NCBI GenBank assembly: GCA_044229845.1
Contig: JBGASG010000013.1
Span: forward strand, 31,849 to 95,848
Length of the DNA: 64,000 nucleotides
Direction of reading: 5' to 3'
Source of the DNA: Candidatus Obscuribacteraceae bacterium
GTDB lineage: Bacteria > Cyanobacteriota > Vampirovibrionia > Obscuribacterales > Obscuribacteraceae
Below, one piece after another: positions 8,865 to 18,146 of the stretch. Under the pieces are notes generated by a model, which worked only from the letters and a program-made list of their open reading frames with translations, searched no databases and was not told where the DNA came from. Made by a program: the position numbers and the translations under genes. Position 1 is the first letter of the stretch. The number at the start of each line of letters is the position of its first letter.

Positions 8865-10103
8865 TCAACGGGCGTTGGCAGCCAATCCCGAGCCTGCGGA
8901 CTTGCGAGCATTGCCGCCGGTGGACTGCGTCAAAGTTTCGTCCGTGATGCGCCGCATAATAATGGAACGTTTCGCCAGCTCGGTGAAGAAGAGTTCGGGC
9001 GGCACGCAGACCTCCGGCGCCAGAACGCCGCGATCGTTAATCACACCCAGACCGATCATCTGGGCCACGATCGAGGGCGGCACGCCCGTATCAAGAGCAC
9101 CGCAAGACACCTTCCACTCGGGGTTGGACAGAACCGTCGTTTCCATGCGCACCGAAGCAGGGCGTCCGTGCTTGGTGCCCAGCACATCCACTCGAATAAC
9201 TTCCGCGTCATCGGGATCTTGGGTGGGCATCGGATGTTTGCCGATTATCGCCGCCAGAATCGCTCGCGGATTTACCTGAGCACCATCGACGCTCAGCGAA
9301 TCTTTTTCAGCAAAGCCCAGGTCAACTAGAAACTTCATGCGCTCATGAAACTGCGCCGGCAGCCCCAGTCGATAGGTGCAATTCTTAATTCCTTTATGCT
9401 GATAGTTGAGAGGAATGGTGGCAACTTCCGAATGCAGGGTGAGAAACGCCCGCATGCGTCCCACCGGTTCAGGCAAATCAAGCCACTGCTCGCCGGACAT
9501 AGGCGGCTTGGCGAGAAACTTGCCGGCTTCAAAAACCCACGGCTCCAGCGCATACTCATCCAGAATCGTATCAAGGGCATAAGGCGGCAGGCAGGGATGG
9601 TTGCACTGCACGAAATCGACGCCGGCGACCGCGATATCCACAGTCTCTACAGCATCGAGCTCATGGGCAGCATGGGCGGCCATGATGTTGGTGATGCCGG
9701 GTGCAGCGCCCATGCCCAGACACGCCAGAAGATTTTTTTGCTTGAACTTTTCATTCAATTCCAACTGCTTGCGCGTGATGTGAAACAGTCCGCCCAAATC
9801 CAGATAGTGACAGCCGGCTTCCAGTGCCGCTTCCATCACTTGCACGTTGAAATAATAGGGAGTCGAATTGACCACCACAGAAGCGCCGCTGAAAGCTTTT
9901 TTGAGACTCTCAGGATCCTTGAGGTTGGCAGCCGCCGTCGATATCTTGGTGCCTCCGCTCTGCACCGACTTGCGCACTTCCTCCGCTTTAGAAGGATTGA
10001 GATCGGCAATCACGATCTGCGCATCACCGGGGGTTGTGTGAGCCAGATCCCTGACGATCACCTGACCCATAGCCCCGGCACCACCGAGCACCACAAACTT
10101 CAT
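8865..10103 (-). CDS. Saccharopine dehydrogenase family oxidoreductase
   Basis: VVLGGAGAMG, HYLDLGG, GMGAAPGITN, HSEV, TGVP, GVLAPE; AGGAGG Shine-Dalgarno before ATG 10103. Confidence 0.88.
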   Translation of the reverse strand: MKFVVLGGAGAMGQVIVRDLAHTTPGDAQIVIADLNPSKAEEVRKSVQSGGTKISTAAANLKDPESLKKAFSGASVVVNSTPYYFNVQVMEAALEAGCHYLDLGGLFHITRKQLELNEKFKQKNLLACLGMGAAPGITNIMAAHAAHELDAVETVDIAVAGVDFVQCNHPCLPPYALDTILDEYALEPWVFEAGKFLAKPPMSGEQWLDLPEPVGRMRAFLTLHSEVATIPLNYQHKGIKNCTYRLGLPAQFHERMKFLVDLGFAEKDSLSVDGAQVNPRAILAAIIGKHPMPTQDPDDAEVIRVDVLGTKHGRPASVRMETTVLSNPEWKVSCGALDTGVPPSIVAQMIGLGVINDRGVLAPEVCVPPELFFTELAKRSIIMRRITDETLTQSTGGNARKSAGSGLAANAR

Positions 10104-10150
10104 TTTCTGCCCTCCTGGGGGCAAAAAGTGTACCACGGCCAGGCATACGC

Positions 10151-10645
10151 CTACTTGGCCAGTCCTTCAATTACCTGCACGAGCGGGATTTTGAGCAGCT
10201 CCGTGGGACTTACTAAAAGCTTGGAAGAGCGGTTGCCGCCGCCGATCACGACTTTGCCGGCGCTGTTCATGACCTGCGAGTCGACGAAGATCGGCATCTC
10301 GGGCAGTCCGACGGGCGTCACCCCGCCGATTTCCATACCGGTGAGGGCGAGCGTTTGCTCGGCCGAGGCGAATGATGCCCGTTTCACGTCCAACAGTTGG
10401 CAGAGTTTCTTATTCACATCCAGGCGGGTATTGGCCAGAACCAGGCAGCAAGCGTATTTAACCGGTTCGGCTTTGGACGCGCCAATGATGGCGTTGGCAG
10501 CCTGGTCGGCGGTGAAATTGTAGTGCTGGCAAAACTGAGCCGTATCGGCCAGAGTCGGGTCGCAGGCAAGAGTTTCGAAGCTCAGGTGAAACTCTTCCAG
10601 TGCCTTCTGGACCGCCGGATGCAGGATGCTCAGGTCAACCGTCAT
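10151..10645 (-). CDS. YbaK/EbsC family aminoacyl-tRNA deacylase
   Basis: DPTLADTAQFC, ASFAS, LTGMEIGGVTPVG, IGGGNRSSK. Confidence 0.88.
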   Translation of the reverse strand: MTVDLSILHPAVQKALEEFHLSFETLACDPTLADTAQFCQHYNFTADQAANAIIGASKAEPVKYACCLVLANTRLDVNKKLCQLLDVKRASFASAEQTLALTGMEIGGVTPVGLPEMPIFVDSQVMNSAGKVVIGGGNRSSKLLVSPTELLKIPLVQVIEGLAK

Positions 10646-10730
10646 GAATGCAATTCTAAGGCATGGACAGGAACAGGCAAACCCAACTTGCTGTCTCATT
10701 CGAATATCGATCAAACAAGAGGGTCATCAC

Positions 10731-10985
10731 ATGCAAAATGTGCCGCCAAGAGGCGATTTAAAAGAAGCAGAGTGCGAGTGCGCCGCGGATGCGGCACTTT
10801 CAGAGCCGATAGCCTCAAACGTACAAGGCGTTGAGGACACTGAGGTCGGTGAATTGCTCGAAGAAAAGCGGCAAGCCAAATGCGGCGGCGATGAAGATGA
10901 AGCCCGGCATCTGGACGGCAAACTGCGCAAGCGCATTATGCGCGATCTCAACGAGATGGATGGCGACTACAAATCGATGGCTTAG
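10731..10985 (+). CDS. Small acidic hypothetical protein
   Basis: ATG preceded by AGAGGG; fills the intergenic gap; 84 aa. Confidence 0.5.
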   Translation: MQNVPPRGDLKEAECECAADAALSEPIASNVQGVEDTEVGELLEEKRQAKCGGDEDEARHLDGKLRKRIMRDLNEMDGDYKSMA

Positions 10986-11016
10986 ACGGCACCACATACG
11001 GTGCGCCTGGCTCGAC

Positions 11017-11541
11017 TCAAAACTGGCGCTTGCCACTGGCGGGCGCGCCGCAAGCGGCCGGTGCACTCGTGTATGGCGCGCCGGTTTGCGCGGCAGCACC
11101 GTTCTGTCCGGGGACGTAGAAGCGTTGCGGCTTGACGGCGGCGGCTGCATTTCTGGTGCGCTGGGCAGCCGCGCGTTTGGCAGCATCGGCTTTTTTCTTC
11201 GCCACTGCCTGCGCGTACTGGTCCTGATACATGACCGCACCATTGCCGGAGCGCACAGTGTTGTTGTACAGATTGTCGCCCGGCGTTCGAATATGACTGC
11301 CGGCGTTCACCTTGGGCAAGCTGGTGCCGATGCCGGCGGCGCCGCCTTTGGCGGAACCGGACATGGAGCTGTCGACGTACGTCGGTGATGGATTGGAGAG
11401 TCCGTTCTGGCTTTGCTTGACCACTCGCGTGTTGCCGAAGCTGGAGTGATAACCGTTGTTCTGAGCCCCGGCCGGTAGCGCACCGGTCAGAAAAACTACG
11501 GCGCTGCAGATCACCGGCAGCGAATTGATGAGAGTCGACAT
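11017..11541 (-). CDS. Secreted hypothetical protein, paralogue A
   Basis: Signal peptide ending AGA|Q; colinear similarity to 11561-12109. Confidence 0.75.
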   Translation of the reverse strand: MSTLINSLPVICSAVVFLTGALPAGAQNNGYHSSFGNTRVVKQSQNGLSNPSPTYVDSSMSGSAKGGAAGIGTSLPKVNAGSHIRTPGDNLYNNTVRSGNGAVMYQDQYAQAVAKKKADAAKRAAAQRTRNAAAAVKPQRFYVPGQNGAAAQTGAPYTSAPAACGAPASGKRQF

Positions 11542-11560
11542 GGCACTATATCTGGTGCGG

Positions 11561-12109
11561 TTAGAAACCACGCCGTCCATTGCCGCCGCCGCCGCTGTTG
11601 CCGGCTTCGGCGTAGGTGGACATACCGCCCGGGTTGTAATATGTCTGTCCGCCCGCTTGCACGGTGGCGGAGCCGTTCTGTCCCGGCACATAGAAGTTGC
11701 CGCTCTGTTGGCGCACCTGTTGTCCGCGCTGGCGTGCCATCATTTTGGCTTGCTGATTCATGGCTGCCTGCTTTTTTCTGGCCTGTTCTGCCATGTATTG
11801 GTCCTGGTAGAGGAAAGAGCCGTTGGAGGCACGCATCGAACCCTGGTCGTTATACATGTTGTCGCCGGCGGTGCGGACGTGGCTGCCCATGTTGACCACA
11901 GGCAGAGCGGCGCCGACGCCCGCTGACTTACCTTGTGCGGAACGAGACATAGTCCCGGCACCGATGTAGGTCGCCGATGGCGTATAAAGTCCTGTCTGGT
12001 TCTGTTGCACAACCCGGCTGTTGCCATAGCTCTTGTGATAGCCCTGGGCGAACGACGGCAAAGCGGTGACGGAAAGCAAGGCTGCCAGTAACAAAGCGCT
12101 ATTTTTCAT
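11561..12109 (-). CDS. Secreted hypothetical protein, paralogue B
   Basis: MKNSALLLAALLSVTALPSFA|Q signal peptide; colinear similarity to 11017-11541. Confidence 0.78.
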   Translation of the reverse strand: MKNSALLLAALLSVTALPSFAQGYHKSYGNSRVVQQNQTGLYTPSATYIGAGTMSRSAQGKSAGVGAALPVVNMGSHVRTAGDNMYNDQGSMRASNGSFLYQDQYMAEQARKKQAAMNQQAKMMARQRGQQVRQQSGNFYVPGQNGSATVQAGGQTYYNPGGMSTYAEAGNSGGGGNGRRGF

Positions 12110-12242
12110 AAGGTTAGGCCTAGTAAGTTGGGGCGGGGTGCGACCACATGTTGACAATCCTAACTTACTTATACCCAAAATGTAACTTAGAATTTCGTGG
12201 AAATGGCGTGGAATGCCTCGCCGAGCCCCAAAATTCGGACGT

Positions 12243-12944
12243 TCAGTCCATAAACCGGTACTTAAAAAGAGCCCAGATGGCGCCAAAGCCGTCCTTCCAG
12301 GTGATTTTCTTCCCTTCGGCATAGTCGCGCCCGAAGTAGGAAATAGGCAACTCGTAGATGCGTACACCCTGTTTGAGTACCTTGGCCGTGATCTCAGGCT
12401 CAAATTCGAAGCGGTTTGACTTGATGACGACGCGCTTGAATATGTCGGCTTTGAAGACCTTGTAGCACGTCTCCATGTCGGTCAGCGTGCAGTCATAGAG
12501 GATGTTGGTCAACAACGACAAAAACTTGTTGCCCACATAGTGCGTGAATTTGAAAGCCCGCGCCACCTTGCTGCCCGTCAGGCGGGAGCCGTAGACGACA
12601 TCTGCGTGCCCGTCCAGAATCGGTGTCAAAAGATTGGGATATTCGTCCGGACTGTACTCCAGATCAGCATCCTGAATCATAATGATGTCGCCGGTTGCTT
12701 TGCCCTGCCCCGTACGCAAGGCAGCGCCCTTGCCTTGATTCTTCTCGTGCATGAAGATGCGGGCATGATATTTGTCGGCATCCAGAGTCGACAGCAGATC
12801 TCGCGTGCCATCGGTCGAGCCGTCATCAACGATAATCAGCTCCTTCTCAAGCCCGAGCGTGTTGGAGTTAGCCACCTTGTCGAGCACTTCGACGAGAGTC
12901 TTTACTTCGTTGAAAACTGGAATCAGGATCGACAGCTTTTTCAT
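12243..12944 (-). CDS. GT2 glycosyltransferase (DPM1-like polyprenol-phosphate sugar transferase)
   Basis: LSILIPVFNE, VDDGSTDGT, NQGKGAAL, QDADLEY, DMETCYK, EGKKITWKDG. Confidence 0.93.
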   Translation of the reverse strand: MKKLSILIPVFNEVKTLVEVLDKVANSNTLGLEKELIIVDDGSTDGTRDLLSTLDADKYHARIFMHEKNQGKGAALRTGQGKATGDIIMIQDADLEYSPDEYPNLLTPILDGHADVVYGSRLTGSKVARAFKFTHYVGNKFLSLLTNILYDCTLTDMETCYKVFKADIFKRVVIKSNRFEFEPEITAKVLKQGVRIYELPISYFGRDYAEGKKITWKDGFGAIWALFKYRFMD

Positions 12945-13676
12945 TTAGGCGCGCAAGTGAAGGGCATGCTGGTGGGCCTTCGTTTCCAGAAGGTCGTTCA
13001 GCGCTTTTAACTGTACATCACCATGGCGTCGTTTGAGCGCACGAGCAATCAGTTCGTCGGTAAACTGTGGATTTTTCGGCAACAGCGAACCATGCAAATA
13101 GGTGCCGTAAACCATGCCTTTGCCTACTTCCTGCGCACAACCTTCCAATCCGTCGTCACCGTTGTTGCCATTACCAGTGGTTACTTTCCCCAGCGGCTTC
13201 ACTTCGCTACCGAGAATGGTTTTGCCGCTGTGATTCTCAAAGCCAACCAGAGTCGAACCGTCGGCGCGCTCGACGACAACATTGCCGATCATGCGTCGAT
13301 TTCCCGCTACCGTGTGCGCATCCACCAGCGAGATGCCTTTCAAATCGTCGCCGCCGTGCGGCCTGTAGTAATGTCCCAAAAGCTGATAGCCACCGCATAT
13401 CGACAAGATCACCGCACCACTTTCTACCGCCTCGTGCATCGCCTGTCGCCTTGCCTGCAAATCGACGGCAATCACCTGTTGCTGCTTATCCTGTCCACCG
13501 CCGATGAAATATATATCGAAGCGATCAATATCGATCTTTTCGCCGATCCCGACGGGCTCTACCTCGGCGTCGATGCCGCGCCAGCGGGCCCGTTGCAGCA
13601 AGGTGATGATGTTGCCCCGGTCACCGTAGATGTTGAGAAAGTGCGCATAAAGATGGGCGATGCGAAGTGTGTGCAT
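12945..13676 (-). CDS. gatD: GatD/CobQ-like type 1 glutamine amidotransferase
   Basis: LNIYGDRGN, GGGQD, ICGGYQLLG (catalytic Cys), GFENHSG, GNGNNG, TYLHGSLLPKNP. Confidence 0.85.
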   Translation of the reverse strand: MHTLRIAHLYAHFLNIYGDRGNIITLLQRARWRGIDAEVEPVGIGEKIDIDRFDIYFIGGGQDKQQQVIAVDLQARRQAMHEAVESGAVILSICGGYQLLGHYYRPHGGDDLKGISLVDAHTVAGNRRMIGNVVVERADGSTLVGFENHSGKTILGSEVKPLGKVTTGNGNNGDDGLEGCAQEVGKGMVYGTYLHGSLLPKNPQFTDELIARALKRRHGDVQLKALNDLLETKAHQHALHLRA

Positions 13677-13698
13677 GCAGCAAGTATCGCACATGCTG

Positions 13699-15360
13699 CT
13701 ACTTGGCGTGCCGCTTGACCGGATGCTTGGTGCTTTTTACCGAAGACTGAGTGGCAACCGGCTTCAGCAGCGCCGGATTCTCCGTTTCAATTTTTTGCAA
13801 AATATCACGCTTCATCTCGCGGGCAGCTTGCATTTGTTGCGAGTTCTCGCCGTACTGGCGCTTCTCCATCACTTCCAGATCTTCGGCCGCTTTCAACGCC
13901 GTGGACAGATGTCCGGTAGCCGAGGACACCTCGGCTAACCGCGTCAGACAATCTGCATATAGAGCGGTGTCGTGACCGGTGCTCAGACATTGGCTTGCAT
14001 ACTTCAGATAATAGAAAGCCAGCTCCGGCCTTTTTTGTCGGTCATAGAGGTCAGCCAGAAGAAACGCCGCCGCGCCGGCATGCGCAGACAGAGCACCGAA
14101 CTTGGACATCCGGTAGTCGAGAGCTTGCTCCAGAAATTCGCGTGCGGACTCACCGCCCTCATGAGACTCCATGCCGTCGGCCACATACGCCAGTTCTTGG
14201 TCGCTTTTGATCTTGGGCGTCACTTCCTGCATGCCCATGAGATTCACCATGATCACAGGTTCGGCAAACTCAAAATAAACGACCAGTGCCAGTGCACCAT
14301 ATACGATGGCACGCAACGCAATGCGCATCCATTTGCCCTGCGGCGAGTTAAGCTTGCGCAACAGGCGTTTCCAGCCCGGCACCAGTGGACGCTGCCCCTT
14401 GATGCCGGCACCAATCGAATCGCGGAAGTCCAGCGCACTCTGAAATCGTTCTTCGCGTCGCTTTGCCAGTCCTTTGCTAACTGCCGCTTGCAACTCAGGA
14501 GGCACCGTGTCTGCCACATCTGTGCCATCGAAGGTCGGCACCGGTCCGCCGACATGCGCGCTCATGCACTCCATCGGATTGCCGGCGAATGGTTTGACTC
14601 CCGCCATCGATTCGAACAACGAACAGGTCAGAGAATAGACATCCGAACGCCCGTCCAGTTTCTCACCCAGACATTGCTCAGGACTCATGTAAGCAGGGCT
14701 GCCGATTGTCTGTCCTGTCGATGTGATCTCCGAAATTTCGGCCGCCGGTCCGAGCGACTTGGCCAAGCCAAAATCGACAATCTTGACCGTGCAGCCGCCG
14801 ACAGTTCCCTCAGTGATAAACAGATTGCTGGGCTTGATGTCGCGATGCACCAGCCCCCGAAAGTGAGCATATGCCAGGCCTTCAGCCGCCTGCTTGAAGA
14901 TCTCCACAGCTTGCGGCGGGCTCAGTTTGCCCGATCGCTTCAGGCGATCGGCTAGCGTTTCGCCTTCCAGATGCTCCATGACGATATAAGGCTGTCCCAT
15001 AGGAGTCAGCCCGTAATCATAAGTAGCGACTATATTCGGATGGGACAGCCGGCTAGCCGCCCGCGCCTCATTTTCAAACCGCCGGCGCTTTTCCTGGTCG
15101 GAAGCCAGCGGCAAATGCAAAAGTTTGACCGCCACCAATCGCTGCAATTTCTCATCGCGAGCCCGATACACCATGCTCCAACCGCCGATGCCCACCGGCT
15201 CCTCAATGCGAAAGCGACCATTGATCACCAGATTGATATACGGGTCGGCAATCGCTGCCGGCAGCGGAGAGCAGGCATGCGAAGCCGCTTCGCTGTACGG
15301 CAAACTACAGTCGGCGCAGATCTTCACGTCGGTTTCTTGCTCTGCGTCTTTCAAGGGCAA
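13699..15360 (-). CDS. Membrane Ser/Thr protein kinase with TPR-like C-terminus
   Basis: GIGGWSMVY, HRDIKPSNL, DFGLAK, GSPAYMSPEQ; TM IVYGALALVVYF. Confidence 0.9.
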   Translation of the reverse strand: MPLKDAEQETDVKICADCSLPYSEAASHACSPLPAAIADPYINLVINGRFRIEEPVGIGGWSMVYRARDEKLQRLVAVKLLHLPLASDQEKRRRFENEARAASRLSHPNIVATYDYGLTPMGQPYIVMEHLEGETLADRLKRSGKLSPPQAVEIFKQAAEGLAYAHFRGLVHRDIKPSNLFITEGTVGGCTVKIVDFGLAKSLGPAAEISEITSTGQTIGSPAYMSPEQCLGEKLDGRSDVYSLTCSLFESMAGVKPFAGNPMECMSAHVGGPVPTFDGTDVADTVPPELQAAVSKGLAKRREERFQSALDFRDSIGAGIKGQRPLVPGWKRLLRKLNSPQGKWMRIALRAIVYGALALVVYFEFAEPVIMVNLMGMQEVTPKIKSDQELAYVADGMESHEGGESAREFLEQALDYRMSKFGALSAHAGAAAFLLADLYDRQKRPELAFYYLKYASQCLSTGHDTALYADCLTRLAEVSSATGHLSTALKAAEDLEVMEKRQYGENSQQMQAAREMKRDILQKIETENPALLKPVATQSSVKSTKHPVKRHAK

Positions 15361-15427
15361 TCTCGTCGGAAACCCAACAGCATCTGCATTATGCCCAGTC
15401 CTGAACGGGCCGGCACAACCGTAAATG

Positions 15428-15464
15428 CAAAAAGGGAGAGGCCGGAATAATCCGGCCTCTCCCT
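15428..15464 (-). terminator. Intrinsic terminator (minus strand)
   Basis: AGGGAGAGGCCGGA-ATAA-TCCGGCCTCTCCCT perfect stem with an A-run on its left (U-tract on the minus strand). Confidence 0.8.
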
Positions 15465-15501
15465 CACCCCTCGTGATAAAACCTTGTGCTGACGCGCCTC
15501 G

Positions 15502-15822
15502 TTAGCGAATCGCCCGCTTATAGCGATCCTCTAACAGTGGCGGCATGCCGGTGGCAGGCAAATGCTCCACCGGGGCATACGAACCGATTGTCGAAAGTCC
15601 TGTGTCAGCCTGGTTCGGTTCAGTCGGACCGACATCAGCAAACGGCTGGGCGATCACCAGCCAGAGCGCGAAGGCAAAGAGAATCAGCGATGCCGTCGCA
15701 AACAACACGACGCCCAGACCTTCTCCGTCTCCGTCAAAAACGTTCCATTGTGGTTCAGACTGTGCTGTGGCCCGGTTCTCACGAATATAGAAGTTAGGTT
15801 TTCGCTTCTCCAGAACGGCCAT
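15502..15822 (-). CDS. Small single-TM hypothetical protein
   Basis: One hydrophobic helix GLGVVLFATASLILFAFALWLVIA; followed by a terminator. Confidence 0.6.
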   Translation of the reverse strand: MAVLEKRKPNFYIRENRATAQSEPQWNVFDGDGEGLGVVLFATASLILFAFALWLVIAQPFADVGPTEPNQADTGLSTIGSYAPVEHLPATGMPPLLEDRYKRAIR

Positions 15823-15922
15823 TTTCCTTGCCTCTGTTTCGCAAAAGACGCTCTGTCAGTTGCACAGGAAGTGACGCGAAAGGCGTATCGCGTGTTCCCG
15901 TCAGGCACAGCAATAATTATGT

Positions 15923-16924
15923 TCAGCGCTGATACCGGCTCCAGAGCCGCTCGTAGGTCGCCCAGTCGTCAGGCGTGGTTGTGTACTCAGCAAATACACA
16001 GACGCCGCGCAGCACTGCTTTGCGGCTGCGGCTGGAGAAGTAACCGTCACGCACAGCCTTCAAAGACAATGGCAGCGTTTCAGCATGATTGCTGTGCCCG
16101 ATGGTGCCATCTTCGAAAGTAGGGATGCCCAGCAAAACAGCGCATCTGCCTCCCGCCGCCTGATCGCAAGCGTCGCTGACACGAATGACATTTTCGCGTA
16201 CCAGCCAGACATACGCGCGCGGCAGATAAAAGTAAGAGTCGTAACACATGACGCAGATCTGATCGCATCGTCGGGCTACTTCTTTGTAGTACCGGCTGTC
16301 CCATCCCCAGAGTCCGTTGAGGGGATACCACATAGGAGTAGCAACTGACAGCACTTTATCGGCGGGCACCACCTGCCTGGTTGCATCTAATAACTTTAGA
16401 AACCCGGGGTCGCCGTTGAAGCAGAATTCGTAGTCAAGCTGCACCCCATCGAACCCGCAATCGTCAATCAGCCACTTGACCTCCTTGACGATTTGCTCGC
16501 GCACAGGCGGCTTGGACAGATCCACGCCACCGTATTCGGGGACAGTGCCCAGGTACACCCAGGCGATCACCTTCGTGCCGGGGCTGCCCTTGCGAACGCG
16601 CGCGATCAGTTGCCGGGCTTTATCAAGATAGTGAAAACGCAAAGTGCCGTCGGCAATGATGCCGCGCACATGAAAGAAAGCGTACTTAAAGTGTTCATCT
16701 TTCAACCGCTTCAACATTCGTTGCCATTCGGCCTCAGAATGTTCGTTGAAATACCACTTATAGCGAAGCCAGATACCGTCCTCGCTTTGAGCAGGCACGG
16801 TACCCGCAACTTTTGCGGTCAGCGGATAGACGAAATAGTCGACGACCAGCAATAAAGCCGCCAAGCAGACTACTACCTTGATTATCAAAAGAACCACCGG
16901 GCGGCGTTTGCGCGTCTCGTCCAA
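15923..16924 (-). CDS. Membrane-anchored GH18-like glycoside hydrolase
   Basis: N-terminal TM; GFDGVQLDYE (variant of the DxxDxDxE motif); DQICVMCYD. Confidence 0.75.
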   Translation of the reverse strand: MDETRKRRPVVLLIIKVVVCLAALLLVVDYFVYPLTAKVAGTVPAQSEDGIWLRYKWYFNEHSEAEWQRMLKRLKDEHFKYAFFHVRGIIADGTLRFHYLDKARQLIARVRKGSPGTKVIAWVYLGTVPEYGGVDLSKPPVREQIVKEVKWLIDDCGFDGVQLDYEFCFNGDPGFLKLLDATRQVVPADKVLSVATPMWYPLNGLWGWDSRYYKEVARRCDQICVMCYDSYFYLPRAYVWLVRENVIRVSDACDQAAGGRCAVLLGIPTFEDGTIGHSNHAETLPLSLKAVRDGYFSSRSRKAVLRGVCVFAEYTTTPDDWATYERLWSRYQR

Positions 16925-17329
16925 ATCGAATGCTCCACCGGTCGCTACCGTATACGGTGCATGCTATCGCACACCGTGCCACCGCGCATGCCACCAGAGT
17001 TGCTGACATTTGGCGATTATCAGTCACTGCCGCCATAGTAAAAACACTAGCGCCCCATTATGGTGCAGCCGGTTCGAATTCTTGATAAGCCGGAAGGGGG
17101 AACGTCAAGCGCTGCAAGCGATTCCGGCATTGGCAACGCATATATATTGGGGACCCTTCGTAACTAGATTAACGGAATTTAAGATGCTCTCAGATCCCGC
17201 CAACAGTGGCTCTTCAGGAAATGCAAAAAGCAGTAGTTACTTTTACAGTTATTCCTACTACTAATCACTGAATCAATTGGGGTATATTGCTGACCGTAGG
17301 AGTCAGGGTCGAAAGGGAGTGATTTCTAA

Positions 17330-17893
17330 ATGAACAAGGGGATTGCAGCCTTACTATCAGCAGCTGTTGCTCTAGGGGCAAGCACTCTAATTACTATTCA
17401 GCCCGTCAATGCACAGGGCGCAACCAACATCAGTGAACTCACTGACGTGGTAGGTAATGAGTGGGCATACAATGCACTCAAGGAATTGGTTAACCATCCT
17501 TGCCACATCTTGGTGGGTTATCCGGATCGTACGTATCGCGGTCAAAAAGCCACGACACGTTTCGAACTAGCGGCAGCCCTATATAAGTACGAACAGTGCA
17601 TCGTCGAAAGACTTGCACAAAAGGCCGATAAAGCTGACCTCGAGAAATTCGCAGCGTTGCTCGATGAGTTCCGCGGTGAATTGAACGCGCTCAAAGCGCG
17701 TGTCGACGATCTCGAGCGTCGTATGAAACTGGTCGAAGAAAAGAACATCGAACAAGACATGCGTCTAGCCTATGCTGAACGCCAAAAAGGCTTCATCTGG
17801 GAACGTGTCGTTAAAGGCACAGTTATTGACGTACGTGACGTCGCCATCGGCGGTGTCCGTGCTGTCCGTGGACTCTACGAATTCCTGTTCTAA
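17330..17893 (+). CDS. Secreted SLH-domain plus coiled-coil protein resembling the N-terminus of cyanobacterial SLH porins
   Basis: Signal peptide ..VNA|Q; LTDV..NEWAYNALKELV..GYPDRTYRG..TRFELAAAL; DEFRGELNALKARVDDLE. Confidence 0.85.
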   Translation: MNKGIAALLSAAVALGASTLITIQPVNAQGATNISELTDVVGNEWAYNALKELVNHPCHILVGYPDRTYRGQKATTRFELAAALYKYEQCIVERLAQKADKADLEKFAALLDEFRGELNALKARVDDLERRMKLVEEKNIEQDMRLAYAERQKGFIWERVVKGTVIDVRDVAIGGVRAVRGLYEFLF

Positions 17894-17932
17894 TCACCCT
17901 CGACTAGTCAGCCAATCGGCAGATCTCCTATT

Positions 17933-17975
17933 GAAGCTCCCGTTGCATAAACGGGAGCTTCCCATTTGTTATTTT
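17933..17975 (+). terminator. Intrinsic terminator after the SLH gene
   Basis: GAAGCTCCCGTT-GCATA-AACGGGAGCTTC stem followed by a T-rich tract. Confidence 0.75.
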
Positions 17976-18146
17976 CTATATACAGAGCACCGCAGGTGAT
18001 GCCCCGAGCAGCCACCATATTAGGTGCCACGCCCGCACCGGATACACCGGATGGCATCCGATGTCTAAGAGCGACCGGAACCCCACCTTGATATCGTTTT
18101 TCGCTGTTAAATCGGCGACAATGACCTTTTGTTGTCAGGGAATTCG

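Noticed and set aside
9345..10523. Long antisense ORFs (also 13972-14955, 31771-32760, 32969-33790, 38872-39693)
   Set aside because: Shadow frames of well-supported genes on the opposite strand in GC-rich DNA; no recognisable motifs.
12151..12185. Plus-strand TTGACA hexamers at 12151 and 32672 as promoters
   Set aside because: No correctly spaced -10 element, and the orientation is opposite to the adjacent genes.
17232..17262. RpaB/HLR1-like direct repeats (AGTTAC..TTTTAC..AGTTAT) upstream of the SLH gene
   Set aside because: Spacing and sequence do not match the HLR1 consensus; may be AT-rich promoter background.
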